A stretch of DNA of 64,000 bases, taken from the NCBI GenBank assembly GCA_965153455.1, contig OZ234493.1:16048213-16112212 (forward strand), written 5' to 3'. The stretch comes from Sphagnum compactum. Lineage: Eukaryota. The notes beneath the pieces were generated by a model. It was not told the origin of the DNA, ran no database searches, and saw only the letters and a list, made by a program, of their open reading frames with translations. Positions 43,601 to 56,250 of this stretch are shown piece by piece; position 1 is the first letter of the stretch, and the number at the start of each line of letters is the position of its first letter. The position numbers were made by a program, and so were the translations under genes.

Positions 43601-44571
43601 GAGAGAGCGCCGAGACACACAGAGAGACTCGAGAGAGACGAAAAACTAAAGAGAGTGCTTCCGTCCGCGGCGCATGATGAGCTTCACGATCCCAGCGTTG
43701 TACAAGGGTTGAATGTGCGCAAGTTCGGGGAGTTTTGCAACGCTGAGACTCAAGGAAGTTAGCAGGACGCTCTCAAGATCGATCTAGTCCGCGGAGAATA
43801 CGAGAGAGAGGAGATCAGCGGAAAGGAGGAGGAGGAGGATCAGCGGGGTTGGTTCTCAGATTCATCTGCATGGGCATCATGGCGACGAGGAAAGAAACAG
43901 GAGAGAAGATGATGAGGAGGAAGAGCAGCAGCAGCAGCTTCGGATTGAGAACATGAATGAATCTCTCTCTCTCTCTCCCTCTGCCCCAGCAGCATTCTTC
44001 TTCTACTCTGCCGGTAAGCCAAAGACCACAACTCTTTCATTCTCATGGCATTCTCTTCCTCCTCATGTCTGAAGCCTAGGCTTCTTGTTGTGGCACGGTG
44101 ATGACGCTTCAGAATCAGCAACAGCAGATCAAGCAAATGCTTGCTTGTAGCACATTCAGAAGACCTCTTGTTGTTGCACCCACACACACAGAGAACAAAC
44201 ACTCAGGCTCTGACTGGAACTTTTTCAGACCTCTTGAAGCTTGATCCGAAGGATATGGGGGGGGAAAAGGGCAAAAGAGATGATTCCAAATCCAAAATCC
44301 TGAAAGGAAGCTCCTAGAGAGCAAGTCTATTGAGTGAGGTTCATATCCACAAGTTCATATATATATATGGAGAGAGAGAGAGTAGAACACCTGTCCATCT
44401 ATCACCAAGTCTATCATTGCAAAATCTTGTTGAAAGTTTTCAGGATTCTTCTCCCATGTATCTTCTGTGTGTAACAATGACATTGATATCTGTTACCCAA
44501 TTGCAGATTGATTCAATTCACAAGATTTCAGTGTGGAGCAAGGACATAATAGAGAAGCAGCTCCAGTTTCA

Positions 44572-46509
44572 ATGGAAATGCAGCAAGCTCAAGGACAAGA
44601 AGTGGAGGAGGAGAAGCATGTAGTCATCAGGAACCTGCCGACAGTTTCCTGTTGGAGGTTTCTTCAACAGCGAAGAGGACCCTCCAAGCTCTGCTTCCTC
44701 CTCCTGCTTCTCCTCTTGAGCTTCAGTACCGATTGTGAAGCAACTGCAGTAGTGAAAACAACCCATAGTTTTCCAAAAGCTTCAAAGTTGTTCACTACAA
44801 CTACACATCATCACCAGCTTGAGTTTGCAGAAGAAGGATTCCATGACACTCATGTGTTTTTTGAAGTCACCAAACCCATAGATGTTCTTCCAGGTACTAC
44901 TGAATCCTGCTCTTCTGTGTTGCTACATCAGCATCTGTTTGCTAATACTGTAAATGATCCACCGACCATAACCCAATACCAGCCACCATCAAACTGTGGC
45001 GGAGGACAGGAGTGGAGCAAGGTGATTTTGAAATGGCATGCAACATGCAAAGGCCGACAGTTTGACAGAATCTCTGCAGTTTGGTTGAGTGGAGTGGAGA
45101 TTTTTCGAACATGTACAGCTGAACCATCACCACAAGGAATCGTCTGGGATGTGGAGAAAGACATCACCAGATACTCATCTCTCTTGAAGCAACCTCAAAC
45201 TGTGGTTGTCGAGTTGGCGAATGTGGTGGACAAAACATATACAGGAATATACAATGTGACAATTTCTGTTCATTTCTATACTGGAGATCAACAACCAGAA
45301 TCATCAACAACTCCTCAAGAAGAAAGCAGCAGCAACTACGGAGGAGTTGCAGATCTGATCATACCTTTCACTCTCCCGTCACCTCTCCAAGGTGGCTACT
45401 GGTTCCAGTTGCAAAATGAATCAGACATTCGGTCAGAAGCCATTCAAACACCCACAAATGCATACAAAGCGGTGCTTGAAATCTGTGTCTCCTTCCATGG
45501 AGATGATGAGTTTTGGTATACCAATCCTCCCAACATTTGGCTCGAAGCCAACAATCTCACAGGGATTCCTGGCAATGGAAGCTTCCGGGAAGTGGTAGTA
45601 TTTATTGATGGAGCTTTAGCTGCAGCTGTTTTTCCATTTCCAGTGATCTACACAGGAGGTGTAGATCCTTACTTCTGGCGCCCAGTTTCAGCAATTGGAT
45701 CATTCAATCTCCCATCCTATGATGCGGACATCACTCCCTTTCTTGGAACATTGCTTGATGGGAAAAAGCACATCTTCTCTATAACTGTCACCAATGCATT
45801 GCAGACATGGCTTTTGGGTGCAAATCTTCATCTTTGGCTTGACAAATCCCTGGAGCGCACAGAGGGTGCTCTCGTTGAGTATTTTGCACCTGCTTTAACG
45901 TCCACTCTCAAGAGTGATTTCAAAGGATTAGATGGCTCGTTCCTCACCAAAGCTTCAAGAACAATTTCATACAAAGGGTATGTCGAATCTTCGCTCGGGA
46001 ATTTGACTTCCAGTGCTACTTATTCTTTCAGATTTTCGAATCTGCTCGTGTTTACAGAGGATTCAAACTTAAGTGTGATACATCAGCACACAAATACTGA
46101 CAGCAAAGTAGTTGTGAATTCACCAGTGAAAGACGTTGCTTACGACCATAGCTCATATCACTTCCCTTTGACATTAGTCTACTATCAAGTCTCTGAACCT
46201 GATGGGAGTGTGTTCATCAATGCAAGTATTGATCATTCTTTTGAACAAGACCAGCAATCCCAATCAACTCTGGCAGGTCTGCTAGTGCCAGGAAGAAGAA
46301 GCAGCTCCTCGTTCAATTCTCTCAAAAACAAGCAACACTCACAAGGGGAGCTCATCATCTCCCCCAAGGGTAACATCAGTGGCTTAGCCTCAACGAAGCA
46401 GGAGTATGCTTATGAAAGCACAGAAGGTTGCTACTTCCGCACTCTTGGTGTCCAAAACTATACATTCCTTTATGATGAGGCTGAAAGTCGATGTAGCATC
46501 TCAGCATGA
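44572..46509 (+). CDS. Peptide-N4-(N-acetyl-beta-glucosaminyl)asparagine amidase A (acidic PNGase A family), intronless CDS, ~645 aa
   Basis: Motifs FFEVTKP, CKGRQFDRISAVWLSGVEIFRTCTAEP, WDVEKDITRY, HGDDEFWYTNPP, GSFREV, FPVIYTGG and WRPVSAIGSFNLPSYD. N-terminal hydrophobic segment. The first ATG is at 44572; the ORF track starts at a GTG. Confidence 0.93.
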   Translation: MEMQQAQGQEVEEEKHVVIRNLPTVSCWRFLQQRRGPSKLCFLLLLLLLSFSTDCEATAVVKTTHSFPKASKLFTTTTHHHQLEFAEEGFHDTHVFFEVTKPIDVLPGTTESCSSVLLHQHLFANTVNDPPTITQYQPPSNCGGGQEWSKVILKWHATCKGRQFDRISAVWLSGVEIFRTCTAEPSPQGIVWDVEKDITRYSSLLKQPQTVVVELANVVDKTYTGIYNVTISVHFYTGDQQPESSTTPQEESSSNYGGVADLIIPFTLPSPLQGGYWFQLQNESDIRSEAIQTPTNAYKAVLEICVSFHGDDEFWYTNPPNIWLEANNLTGIPGNGSFREVVVFIDGALAAAVFPFPVIYTGGVDPYFWRPVSAIGSFNLPSYDADITPFLGTLLDGKKHIFSITVTNALQTWLLGANLHLWLDKSLERTEGALVEYFAPALTSTLKSDFKGLDGSFLTKASRTISYKGYVESSLGNLTSSATYSFRFSNLLVFTEDSNLSVIHQHTNTDSKVVVNSPVKDVAYDHSSYHFPLTLVYYQVSEPDGSVFINASIDHSFEQDQQSQSTLAGLLVPGRRSSSSFNSLKNKQHSQGELIISPKGNISGLASTKQEYAYESTEGCYFRTLGVQNYTFLYDEAESRCSISA

Positions 46510-47512
46510 TGCAAATCCCCCTCCCTCCAAAATTAGAATTCAGCTATTGAAAAAATAAAAGAAATCAAATCAAGCCACCATTCTTCTTCTTCTTCCATTC
46601 TTGCATCCCTCTGATGGGGGGGGGTAGTGTTGATAATTATTGATAATCATACTGAGACCTTCCTTTCTCGCTTGATTAGCCATGTCTCTTGAGTGCTAAC
46701 TGACTTGACTGACATCATAACTGAGTCTTCCCCTTTGCTTCCAGAGATGCAACAGAAACTCAACATGAAGATTTTGTAGAGGTTAGCCCAAATCTACTAC
46801 TCTTGATCCCTCTTTGAGTCCATGGTCATCTCTGCTCCTCTTGGAAGCTGAAGATCTGGTTTGTAAAATTCCAAATGATGTTGTTCCATTTGCTCTGGAA
46901 ATTTGCTTGAATCTCTCGTGTAGGTACACTTTGTAGCAAATGAACAAAGAACCTTAACAAACAATGACATCACACACACACACACACACACACAATTTGT
47001 GTAAACTTTTTCCTCAGGGGAGTGATACAAACATGAAGTTTTTTTCTTCTCTCCAACCATTGCTCTTTTTCTGAGTGCCAGACAGATGTTACTCACTTTC
47101 TGAGCAGCAGGAGGAGCCTTTGATCATCAACTTGTTGGTTGAAACCCTAAACCCCCCAGTCCTTACAAAGAAAAACCATTGCGAAACAATATAAGGAATC
47201 GCTGTTGTTGTCCATCACCTGAAAAGAGAGATAGAGACACAGAAACACAGAGACAGAACAATTTACTGGTTGGTTATCTTCAAGATGAGTGTGAGGGAAG
47301 GAAAGACTCCTGTCTCCAGAGGTGTGAAAGCTGCAAGTGGGGAGAGGGGTTCTTGTTCTTTCTGGGTTTTCGGTTGTGATGGAGGAGAAGCTTCCTGGCT
47401 TGCAATTCCTCTGCCGTAGAAGAAGTCAGAGCATTGCTCGCGCATTGCACATTTCTCCTCTCTTCTCTTCTCTTCCCAAGCAAGCTGACATTTGAAGCTC
47501 GTGGGCTGTCTT

Positions 47513-47521
47513 AAACCCTAA
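47513..47521 (+). promoter_or_regulatory. Telobox AAACCCTAA with adjacent site-II-like TGGGC upstream of TAF9
   Basis: gtgggctgtcttaaaccctaa about 165 bp upstream of the ATG. Confidence 0.45.
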
Positions 47522-47678
47522 ACACTAACCCTAGCGGAAGAGGCCTCCTTCCAACTGTGAGCACTGGTCCTCGACCGAATCTTGCGATTGTGGGTTTTGC
47601 AGTGGACCAAGGCAAAAGGGTTTTCTTAGTGGAAAGAGAAGACAGAGAAGCAAGAGAGACAGATTGAGAGATAGGAAG

Positions 47679-48444
47679 ATGGGGGAAGATGATGAGGTGC
47701 CCAGGGATGCGAAGCTGGTGAGATCGATACTGCGATCAATGGGTGTAGAGCATCATGAGCCGCGGGTGGTGAATCAGTTCCTGGATCTGTGGTACAGGTA
47801 TGTGGTGGATGTACTGGGTGATGCACAGACATACTCAGAGCATGCTGGAAAGCCAAGCATCGATCGTGATGATGTGAAGCTGGCCATTCAATCTCGTGTC
47901 AACTTCTCCTTCTCGCAGCCACCTCCCCGCGAGGTACGTACGTTGTGTTGTCGTTACAAAACTTTCTTCTTCTTCTTCTACTTCCTTCTTTGTGCTGCTG
48001 CTGTTGTGGTTGCATGCATTCTTGGATGCAGGATTCCAGTTTTGGTCTTGGGGTTTCTTCATCATATTGTTTGGGGCTGCTGCACAAACAAACCAGACAT
48101 TGGTGGAGTTGGCGAAGGTGAGGAACAGTATTCCATTGCCCAAGATCATTGGAGCTCCAGGCATTGCCTTGCCACCTGAGCTCAACAACACTCTGATTGC
48201 CCCAAACTACCAGCTTGCAGTACCCACTCGAACGTTTGGGGAAATGGAAGAAGAGGAAGAAGACGAAATGGAATGGGAAGAAGGTGATGGAAACAACTCC
48301 AAAGCCCACCACAACACTTCCCCCAAAGATGTGAACAATGCCTCCTCGTTACTGCATCAACCTACACATTTGCAGAAATCTGATCAAGATGGTCACAAAG
48401 TCTCCTTCTCTATTGCTGCTGCTGCAAAAAGACCCAAAACCTAA
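47679..48444 (+). CDS. TAF9: TFIID subunit 9 (histone fold); exons 47679-47933 and 48097-48444; ~200 aa
   Basis: [92 protein letters not shown]...TLIAPNYQL. The GT-AG intron is phase 0. Confidence 0.95.
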
Positions 48445-49220
48445 AAACTCCAGATTCCATTGAATGCTGAACCAGCTCCAAGAAGAAGAAGATTGAGACA
48501 GCTCTACCCATCTGATCTTCTTCTCTCTTTCTGCTGACAAAGATGCTGCTGCTGGAGAAACATCATGAGCATTTATTGGTGAGTGAGCTCCATCTTTGCA
48601 CAGTTGAGTTGTTACATGAATGAATCCCCCATACCTTTTCTGAAACCATCAGATTTACAGGTCTTGGATCTCCACCCTTTTTGTTCTGCAAGAAAGAACA
48701 ATTTTGATTCTTGAACAACATGCACACGACAACTTGCCCTAGAACACTTCAAGCTACTACCTACTTCTGACGTTTGCTATTGTTTTTTTATAGATAGTTA
48801 CACACTGTTGATTGATAGGTTTCCCCTGATTTCAGAGGATTTCAGGGGTGCAGAACTTCAGAATTCTCAGTCAAGTGCTTAGTCTGAATGTTGTTGCCTG
48901 CTAGGCATTTCACCTACGATGAAGAACTCTTGGTAGGTGGTGAAAGTTTGAAATTCAAAGAGTTTCTTCTTCAAGCTCCCAAGAGTGCAATCCATGACAC
49001 AGAAAACATTTGTATATTAATCTTCTGTGGATTTGCAGAAAAGAATCACTTCTGATTTGAATTCCATAGTTGCTTCAGAGTTGTTGCTGCAGATGGGGTT
49101 TTTGGGGAGCAGTGTTGTTGGGATTTTGGTGTTAGCTCCATGATTTCCTTTCTCTTGTTGTTGATGATGTGCTTGGGTCCGTAAAACATACAAGTAAGGT
49201 TTAAAAGGGTAAGAACGTAA

Positions 49221-49591
49221 GAGCATCTCCAGGGGTGCTCAGTATGTGACTCCGCAAAAATATTTCTCATATCCAAGTTTTAGCTCCTTTTTTTTCCCAA
49301 CCCCACCCATAAAACTGAAATTGGGACTGCAAATAGGTGGGAGATTACTGATAGCAACCCACCTGGACCAATCAAACTATCTAGCAAATCAGAAACAGGG
49401 AGCAGTCAATATATGATTTGATTGTGTTTATTGTGTTAATTAGATTGTTGTGGAGCTCCTCCAGGACTCTGAAGGCTGTGCATTTTTTCAGGGTCACAGC
49501 AGGCTTCCAGTGAATCCATTTGGTTTGACTGCAGTACCTCATCCAAGATTTCCAGTGCATGCTCACATACTGAGTGCCAGTGGAGATGCTC
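49221..49591 (+). mobile_element. Tourist/PIF-Harbinger MITE, 371 bp
   Basis: TAA|GAGCATCTCCA...TGGAGATGCTC|TAA. Internal similarity to 32030-32313 (caaccccacccataaaactg, gcaaataggtg, ggaccaatca). Confidence 0.9.
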
Positions 49592-51182
49592 TAATATCAG
49601 CGCAAAACTGGCAATCTATGAAGCTCCAATTTACAGCAATGCAATCCTTCCTCACCTGATAACAGTAGAGTTATTATCAGGGTTGGGAATTCAACAAGTA
49701 GGTCGTGATGGAAAAGGAGAATCCTCAACAACAAGCTCTGAATTATTACTGCATGAAATTGAGGATCAAGATGCCATCCATGGAAAGCATTTATCTTGTT
49801 ATATGTTTCCATATTGCAGAAGACAAATCAAGAATGCCTCTGAAGCTAAGAACAAGGGTGCATCACATTTTAACTTAACATTATCATACTGATTTCCTTT
49901 CTTTGTTTAGAGTGCTTGTGCTCACTGTCTCCATTTGAATGCTCATGAGATCAATCCATCACCATAATTTTAAGAAAAAATGGACTAATGATCATCCTCA
50001 ATCCATATTGCACAGTGATTTATAGAAGTGAACTTCATGTACTTACCATCATGCTCCTTCACAGTTACAAGAAGAATCAGAGTGGAATCCATATTACACA
50101 TTATAAACAGAGAAACAAAGTTGGGTGAGAAAAAAAATTCCAACTTGGATTTTATTGTAACAGGACTTCAGCAGCCCAAAAAAGCTTTGAACTGATACTT
50201 CCAGAAAATGCTTGATGGAAGTCCACCAAAAGAAAGAGATTGGATTGCCATGATGATGGACCAAAATCCATTGCATTTCAGGACTATCCATTTATGTGTG
50301 TTAACATGCCTGCCTTTGGAGCTTGAATCACATTGGGGATTGGAGGCTAATAGGTACCCAGGAGGCGGCGGTGCTAATAAATCTCTATCCATCTTTGCAG
50401 AAACCTAGAACATGAGAACAAGATACGCCAGGGGACACAGCTCAAAGGAGATCAATATTGTGTGCTATCAACACTACAGAGAATGACTCTTGCAACAGCT
50501 CCTTCCTCTGAGCTTTAGGTCACAAGGATTCCAGCAAAGCCATCCATCAACATGCTAGTAGGTTCCAGGTTCCAATTTACACCTCACAAACTGCAAAGAT
50601 TAGTGGCCACAGCACCTAGTTCTTCTCCCTAAGAAATCCTCACCAGCATTGCAAAAAGAGGCACCTCTTCCTGGTGTGCAAATTTGGTAACAGATTTCCA
50701 AACTTGCTAAATCCAAGCTATCAACATGTAAAAATCACAGCTTCTTCTATGCTCATGAAAGAGTCATCATCCCATCAAGCATTCGTACAACAGATAGATA
50801 AAGTTCATGCTTGGCTCTGAAAAAACAGCATCAGAAGTCTTCCATTTTGTGAAAAAACCAGGGAGAGAGATGCCATCCAGACAAACTGTACTACAAATTC
50901 AGTTGTAAAACATACACAAGCATGATGGCACTACTAATCAACTGCTGCAAAACAACCAGCTTAAGAACAGGCAACAAAACAAGGCTAATTCTATTCACCA
51001 CCACAGGTTGTTGCACGTGGCATTTGCAAATACAACACTAACTGCAAAAACCCAATTCCCACCTTCTCAGACAGAAGAAAAGGGTTGCCAGGGTAATCAC
51101 TTCTCGCAGGGTTGAAGAATCACATGGGTGGGTAAAGTCATTTCTTGTATGGAAGCAAGAATTAGTATCAAGCCGAAAATAA

Positions 51183-54100
51183 TCATGAGACGCCCTTCAG
51201 TAGATTGCGCCACTTATCCTTCAGATCAACTGTTGTACGGCTTGGATCAAACTTACCATAGCCAAACTCTGCAATACGCTTCCATTGAAATCCATAAAGG
51301 CCATCATTGGAGTACCGTTTCACTCCCTCCTGCATCCCCAAAACCGAACCAATTTTGTTTATTTCAACTCCCTCCTATTATCAGAAGACAACAATGTATG
51401 TAGAAACCCAAAATATTGGTGATATGAAGAGAAGAGAGAGAAAGCAGGTGATGGCAGTCAGATGGCAGACCATTAAGACCTCCTCTTCCATCTTGGTCCA
51501 AGGAAGGACCTTCCTACGTAGACCCGGAATTTGGCGTCGCCCACTGCAGTCAATACAAACACTTTGGCACCATCAAACTGCTACTCTTGGAGATGCAACA
51601 AACCCTAAAACCCTAAAACAGTCCCTATCCTTTCTCATGTGTGACGTTCCCTACAAGACACAGCAGCTTCATAAGTATGGAGAAACCTCCCCAGACATTA
51701 ACCAATGTGCTGAGTTTCTGTCCCAAGATTGGCAGGAATGGGTACATGAGACTGAAGCCATGATGCTGGCTAGCTCAACAAAAACATGAACAAGGACTAG
51801 ATGACAATGCCAACTCACAAGAAAGAGGAACCTCAGTTGAAAAATATCACACAAATTCTTTACCTGGCGAATGGCTTGAGATTTCGCCCACTTGCTTTGC
51901 CATCACCATGCTCTTCTTCTGAGTCAACATCATGGTTGTCTTCAACCTCCTTATTGGCTCCAGAAACTGTTCCTCCTTCATCACCTCCAGACACATGTAG
52001 TGCAACCTGAGGCCTGCTCTCATTCCCAGAAACCGACTTTCGAGCCTCCAAAGATGACCGCCTCACTTGCTGCCCATCTGCAAGTGCACTGCCACCAGTG
52101 CTATTCTGAAGCTTTTCGGAGTTGCTAGTGTGCAAACTTCCACCTCCAATAACTTGCTCCTTGTTTTTCCTTTTCACTGCTTCAAACCTGCTGGTGGATG
52201 GGTGACCTGCATCAGCATCATGATCCCCCCTCAAATGACCATGCTTGTTAATGTTTGTACGTTCACTAACCAGGGATTTCTCAAGACTCACTCGCTTCTC
52301 AACATAACCAACATTTGATCCCCCTCTCTGTGCATCATTTTCTGAGTCATCTCCACCACTGGACTCTCGCACCCAGTTTCTTGATTTTTGACGATGAGCC
52401 TTTGCATCCTTAGATGTAGAGGGGAACAATGTGCCATCCACAGGTTCCGTTCTCAATTCCTTTGAGTGGAGTACTTCTTCATGCCTGTACCGTGAGGGAC
52501 TTCTGTTGCCAGTGTCTTCAGAAATAGCCACATGTGGACTCTTAGATTTGACCACATAATTATCTGCTAATTTGTGGAGCAGTCCTTTAGGTTGCAAGGG
52601 ATCGTCACCCTGACTGTGATTACGTTTCTTTGAAATCTCTCTTATGAATGCTTCCTTTGCTACCTTTGCCTCAGCTGCTGCCTGCATAACATGGTGATTC
52701 CACTACCTTATTAGATTCTGCCTTTCAGGACATGGGTCACTCCAAGGAGTCTTGCAAAACGAAATGTGCACGCAATAATGTCGAACAAAGTGTTTGCCTG
52801 CAGGTATCAAGGAAGAAAAGCCCACCCTTCATAGGCAAAAGAGCACACCTGCTTCACATCGGCAAGAAGCTCTTCAGCCATTTTGTCTGCACAGATGGGG
52901 CAAAACCAGTCGTCCTCAGGACCAGGTATCTTTAACCCGAGAATCTCCAGGCAGTCAGCATGCATTGCAATGGGACATCCATCACAGAACAGCAATTCAC
53001 CATGTTCCTCACACTTATGGCAGAGATCCTCATGCTCGTCACTCCCAATCTCGATATGTTCCATTGTGTTGCATTCTCTCATTTCACTTTCGTCTCCCAG
53101 TCTGCCACCCCTCTCATGAATTCCATCATCTTCTGTTTGGTGCAGTTCAGGCTTGTCATGACTAGCAGCATTCTTGAGGGAATCCATCTGATCATCATCA
53201 CTAGTGCTTACCTTTTGCACTATCTGCATAGTCAGGCACACCCACTTGTGAAAAACTAGTAGAAGGATTTAGAAATACTGGAGAGCACAAGTTATTCTTC
53301 AATACTGTTGAATGCAGGCATGACTGCCTCTTGGGTTGCCAAAGAGAAGGTATCAAGAGAGTACCATTGTGTCATCATCCGAATTTACATCCTCAGGAAC
53401 GACATACTTGTGGGATGGCACTTGTGATGTCGGGGAGTTCTTCACTTCAGCTCCAACACTAATGCCAGTCAAATGAGAACACCTCTGTTCCTTGGATCTA
53501 TTACACAAGTCTGCAAAGAATCTCTGGAATTTTTCATGTCTTACTTGGGTAGTAGCTTCCTTTGCACGCTCCACGGGACTCGCGTTATGGTGATTGGCAG
53601 AGGCATCCACAGAGATTGTCTTGTTTTTTTTCACCCTTTGATGTTTCTCAAGCTGGGCTACTTCCTCTGGTTGGGTAGAGTCTTCCGAATCCAGTAGCAT
53701 CCTCCTTCCACTTCTTCCCAAAGCTTTCTGTTGTTGCTTCTCCCGGTCCCCAGGTTGCTGCTGATCAGACTCCTCTTGCCCGGTGCTGCCAGCATTTGTC
53801 TCATGTCTCATTCTCAAGGACTGTGCTTCCTTGTTGTAGTCTTCCTCATGCTCATTTTGGTCCTCCAAATCCAATAGCTTCCTCCTCCTTCCACTTCTTC
53901 CCAAAGCCTTTGCTACTTGCTGATTGGACTCCTCATGCTCTGTGCAAGTGTTTCTCTCCCTTCTCATTCTCAAGGACTGCACTTCCTTATTGCAGTTTTC
54001 CTCTCTTCCAAAACTCTCAGCACCATCAGAAGAATTTGTGGCAGCGCCCACAATTTCATGCATCTCATGTGCACCCACCACTGCTGCCACATGCTCTTTC

Positions 54101-55765
54101 ACTGAAATGCCTGAAAAGGATGGTGCATTGCCTGCCAATACATCCTTCGAAAGCTACACACAGGAAACTCGAACGCTACTTCAGCCTGAGAATTCAGTCA
54201 AAGCTCAAAACATTTCACCATCTTGCATAGTACTAACAAAAGACCCAGTAGTTCAGAAAGTTTAGGTTTAGCTCAAAAGACAACTTTTGCACTCTTTCGA
54301 AACCTGACATCTTTCTCTCACCTGGTTCAAGAAACTGCTCCCAAAGGACGACTTCCTATCTGCCACAAAGGCACATAGATCCGTCTTCAATTTATTGAGA
54401 GGATGCTTCGCTAAATATCTAGCAAGGATTTCATTTGTTTGATTCTTCGCCTGATACCCACAAAGCATCACACAACACAAGCCAAGAGAGATCACAATGT
54501 TTGGTCAGGGTTCCAGAAGGCAAGGTGCAGTGTGCCAAGTAAAGAACAAACTGCTGTTCAGAAAGAGGAGAATGCAAAACTCTATGCCAGGAAATTGCAG
54601 TGTACCATGAGAAGCAGAGCAAGCTCTTTACGACGATCTATAAGATGCGGCTCTTCTTGACCCTCGGGGAATACATGGTCTAAAGCACTTGCATAAGCTG
54701 CCCAGTCTTTCTTTGCCATGGGAGATGGCCTCCTCAAGATGGATAAAACAGCCTGCAATTCAAAGGTAAACATCATAACTCATGGTTACAAGACTTCTAG
54801 ACATGAAAAGGTTGTGGGAGTTTTATACTGCAGTTTCTTTTCTGCAAAACTGATGAAACAACTCATGTACAATCCCCCAACCAACCAGTGGAAATCTTGA
54901 ATAGAAAACAGAAATACAAAAGGGTCTCTTTGACACTGAAACTGAAAAGAGTCTCTTTGATGCTGAACTTGATTTAGAGTAATTTCAGAATGAATCAGTT
55001 TCCAAAGAAAAAAGCTCAAAAACATTTACCTCTGTCTGCACCTGTAGAAGAAGCTCCCTACTGAATCGGTTTTCCATGGTTGCTGCCACTCCTGTGGATG
55101 GGTCCCTGGAACCTTGCCCTATCAGCAGCTTGAGCAGTGGAATAGCTCGGGCATCAAGTTGATTTGTCATAACCAACTCTTCCAGGTACCGAATGGCTAC
55201 TCGCTCTAGTAAGGAATGGCATTGTGCCTCCTCTATATCTGGGACATGTGCTATAACGTCTGCATTTTTTTTTACACCATTTGAAAACTCTTAAAAGCCA
55301 ATCAAAGTAGGCTATTATCTCTCCCCCTCCCTCCCACCCAAAAAAACCATGAAAGGCCACAATGTGATTGATGGTGTTTCTCTTTTCCAAATCTTGTATT
55401 TCTACACCCAATCTCTCACCAGATAATGAACCCGAGAGCAATTGGGTAGTCAGAATTCCTTCTTCTGGTTGTTTGGAATTCTTTCTTCAACTGCAATTTG
55501 GGCACTAAAATGATGTGTGAAGAAGAAAGAAACTATTTCTCAAGTGAATTAGGGTTAACCCAGTTTATGTAGTTTGTTTTCATTTCTTGGAATATTTGTG
55601 TGTGGTGAAACAGAGGAGAGAAGCTCTCGGGCAAATGAAGAAGAAAAAGAGCAGAAACAACAAGCTCTCACCTTTGAGAAACATGGGTCGGAAATCAGGA
55701 AGCTCCACCATTTTCTCCAGTACCCATTTCCATGCCAGACCTACTGAAGCTTGAGGTGTGGCCAT
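51183..55765 (-). CDS. TRF-like protein: N-terminal helical domain, PHD finger, C-terminal telobox Myb/SANT domain (TRFL10-like architecture); exons 55765-55672, 55259-55030, 54752-54606, 54450-54322, 54153-53365, 53223-52849, 52681-51864, 51543-51471, 51329-51183; ~933 aa
   Basis: C4HC3 PHD CHKC..LLFCDGCPIAMHADC..WFCPIC. Myb RKVLPWTKMEEEVLMEGVKRY..WKRI..RTTVDLKDKWRNL. All junctions are GT-AG and phase-consistent (2802 nt). Confidence 0.88.
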
Positions 55766-56250
55766 TACTTCTCTCTCTCTCTCTCTGAAAATTTCCCACA
55801 AGAAAACACTCACAACCAAAAGCCCTAAAACCCACAAAACACAAACGCAGGGACATGCACAAACAGAAAAATACAAAATCAAAACAACCCAATCTCCAAA
55901 ACAACCCAGAAAACACAAATTGAATCTTCTTCTTCTTCGTCTTCTCCTCTACTACTCCTCTGTGGTGAAATCCTTTTTTCCCAAATCCATTTTACCCCAT
56001 TCGATCTTCAGCACTTGAAGCTTCTTTCTTTTTTTTCTTCTACAAGCACTTCTTCTGTGGGTCCTTTTTCTAAAGCCCCTGTTCAATTTCCAAACAAGCT
56101 GCCCATTTTGGTCTCTGCAAAACTCCAGGTACCCACATCACACAATTTTAGAGCTAATCAGTTTGGATTAATTTTGGGGTAGGTAGGTATGTAAGTAAGT
56201 GATTAGCCACTAATTGCGATTAGTGTATAAAATCAGAGTTTTTGACACAA

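Noticed and set aside
43673..43746. Box C (ATGATGA) and box D (CTGA) spaced like a snoRNA
   Set aside because: No terminal stem and no rRNA-complementary guide that I could recognise.
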